NCBI GenBank assembly: GCA_965240325.2
Contig: OZ251240.1
Location: forward strand, 1,426,001-1,490,000
Reading direction: 5' to 3'
Source of the DNA: Rebecca billardiae RCC1528
Taxonomy: Eukaryota; Protista; Haptophyta
DNA: 64,000 bases
The notes beneath the pieces were generated by a model that was given only the letters and a program-made list of their open reading frames with translations, did no database searches and was not told where the DNA came from. How positions within the stretch are numbered: position 1 is the stretch's first letter; the number at the start of each line of letters is the position of its first letter. Below are positions 61,550 through 64,000 of this stretch, piece by piece. Position numbers and translations under genes: made by a program.

Positions 61550-64000
61550 TCACTGCGCCGCGGCGGGCCCGGCCGCGCCCATCGCCGCGCGGCGCGCGCG
61601 CAGCGTCGTGAGCAGCTCGCCCACACGCTGGTTGCTCAGCCTGGGCGCGCCCTCGAAGCGCGCGCCAAAGTGCGCCTTGATCGTCTTGAACGTCATCGCC
61701 GCGAGCGCGGCCGAGCCGGGCGGCGGCACGAAGCGCTCGAGCTCCTCGAGGTACTCGCCGTCCGTGGGCGCGGCGGCGGCGGTGGGCGCGCGCTGCGGCG
61801 GCGCGCCGCCCGCCGCCGCGGCGGCGGCGGGCGGCAGCGGCGCGGAGAAGGAGGCGGGGCGCGAGGCGAGGCCGGCGCGCGCAGGCGAGGCCGCGCCGGG
61901 CCGCTGGGACGCGGCGGGCTCTGGCACGCAGTCGTGCGCGTCCGACCCCACGCCCGCGCTGAAGCTCTCGCCCTTGCGGATGGCCGCGTCCGCGTCCGCG
62001 CCGCCGCCGCCGCCGCCGCCGCGGTCCGCGCGCTCGACGGCGGGCAGCGCCGCGGCCGCCGGCGCGCCGTCGGCGGCGGGCGCGTCCGCGTCCGCGCCCG
62101 CGTCCGCGGCGGCGGGCGGTGCGGGCTGCATCAGCCTCTCGCGCAGCAGGTCGGCGAGGATCGAGCCGCAGAGCGAGCCCTCGTCGTCCGCGTCCGCCTG
62201 CGCACCGCCGCCGCGCGTGCGGCCGCGACCGCGCGTGTGAGGCGCCCCTCGCCGCCGCTCCCGCGCTCGTCGGGCGGCGGCGCGGCCGCGCCGGCCGAGC
62301 GCGCGCGCGCGCGCGGCGCACGCACCCCTGCGCGCCCCGCAAGCACGCGGTCGTTGAGCTCGGCCTTGCGCGTCTGCAGGCTGAGAATCTTCTCATCCAC
62401 CGAGTCGGCCACCACCAGTCGGTACACGGTCACGGGGCGCGTCTGCCCGATGCGGTGCACGCGGTCCTGGGCCTGCGCGCGCACACACGCACACACGCAC
62501 ACACGCACACACGCACGCACACACGCACACACGCACGCACACACGCGCAACCGCGCGCCGAGGCGAAGGCGCCGACCGTCAGCCGGCGCCGAGCGCGCGC
62601 CGCCGGCCGCGCGCGCAGGCGCGCGGCTGCTTGCTTGCTTGCGCGCGCGCGCGCCTGCCGGTCGATAGCCGGGTTGAAGTCGACGTCGTGCAGGATCACC
62701 GTGTCCGCGGCCGTGAGATTGATACCGACGCCGCCCGCGCGCGTCGTGAGCAGGAAGGCAAAGATGGACTCGTCCGCCGAGAATTCGTCAATGAGCAGCT
62801 GGCGGTCGTCGACGTTGGTCGAGCCGTCGAAGCGCACGTGCCGCAGGTGGAGCCGCTGCTCGAGCAGCTCCTGCAGGATGTCGAGCACCGACGTCCACTG
62901 CGAGAAGATCACCACGCGGTGGCCTGCGTGTGCGCGCGTGCGCGTGTGCGTGTGTGCGTGTGTGTGCGTGCGCGCGTGCGCGTGCGAGTGCGCGTGGGTG
63001 CGCGTGAGTGCGCGCGTGTGCGTGTGCGTGTGCGTGTGTGTGTGTGTGCGCGTGTGTGTGCGTGTGTGTGTGCGTGTGTGCGTGTGTGCGCGTGAGTGCG
63101 CGCGTGTGCGTGTGCGTGTGCGCGCAGGAGGCCTACGGCGCAGCGGCGGCTCAGCGCCGCCCCCGCGGGGCGGCACGCGCGCGGGCCGGGCGCCGCCGGC
63201 GTCACCGCGCCATGCCCGGCGCGGCGCGCGCCGCGCGCGCCGCGCGGCGCAGCGCACCCTTGGCCTGGAGCTCCGGCAGCAACGCGCACAGCCGGCCGCA
63301 CTTGGCGGACCCCTCGAGCGCGTCGGGCGGCAGGCAGAGGTCGTGCAGCAGCCGGTGCTGCGCGCAGCACTGGTGCAGCACGTGGTCGTTGTACCCGCTC
63401 ACCTGCGCGCAGGAGGGGCGGGCGGGCGCGTGCGCGGCGCGGCGGGCGGCGCGCGTGAGCGGCGAGGCGGGCGGGCGCGTGGGCGGCGCGCGCTCCGGTG
63501 TGGCGGCGGTGCATCAGGGGGGCTCGGGCGGGCGCGGGCGCGCGCGCGCGCGGGCGCGCGTGGCGGCGCGGCACGCCGCGGCACGCCGAGCTCGCTCGCC
63601 CTCCCTCCATCCGACGCGCACACGCGCACGCGCACACACGCGCACACGCGCACACGCGCACACACGCACACACACACACACGCGCACACGCACACACTCA
63701 CACACGCGCACACGCGCACACACGCACACACGCACACGCACACACGCGCACACGCGCACAGGCACACAGCGCAGCGCCGCCCAACACCGCGCGCACACGC
63801 CCGCCCCCGCGCGCGCGCACCTCCTCGAGCACGCGCGCGCGCGTCGCCTCGTCGCCAAAGTGCCCCGAGCGCCACAGCACCTCCGCGATCCGCCCCACCT
63901 GCGCGGGCTCGTAGCGCGCTCGCACAAGCAGCGGGTGCTGCGCGGCCTTGCGCAGCTCGGTGAAGACGTGCTTGGCGAGGCGGCGGTCGGAGGCGAGGGC
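61550..64000 (-). CDS. SNF2 ATPase, SMARCAD1/Fun30/ETL1-like, 3' part; exons >64000-63821, 63402-63258, 62923-62655, 62472-62326, 62197-61550
   Basis: [52 protein letters not shown]|[10 protein letters not shown]. Confidence 0.9.

Overview
Very GC-rich eukaryotic nuclear DNA with GC3-saturated codons, short spliceosomal introns (GTGCG donors, one GC-AG) and (TA)n tracts between genes. With the axonemal dynein this suggests a flagellated microalga, probably a haptophyte (inference only). Host genes in order: J-domain+TPR protein (runs off the left edge); a ~1790-aa SF2-helicase-like protein with Z1-type motifs, a winged helix, two UIMs and a SIM; WDR33/PFS2/FY; a GNAT-LysM-like-chromodomain protein; a small TM protein; eIF3f; a multi-TM protein; an SH3/KOW-like protein; a THEM6-like thioesterase; an F-box/RCC1 protein; a vWA-like protein; a TLC-domain protein; a DNAH1-like dynein heavy chain; and the 3' part of a SMARCAD1/Fun30-like SNF2 ATPase. 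From 24.0 to 34.6 kb is a nested transposon stack. A DNA element with repeat-array TIRs sits in a (TA)n tract and carries a TA-TSD MITE and a near-intact Ty1/copia element (5-bp TSD). The copia has a candidate -1 frameshift between protease and integrase, no canonical PBS, no integrase HHCC motif, and a 3' LTR lacking ~335 bp. Five apparently 5'-truncated retroelement copies with related 3' tails abut (TA)n, and there is a decayed DEDDh-exonuclease/transposase remnant next to a perfect 60-bp palindrome. Most long ORFs in the track are antisense or alternate-frame shadows. All family calls are from motif recognition by eye; no searches were run.
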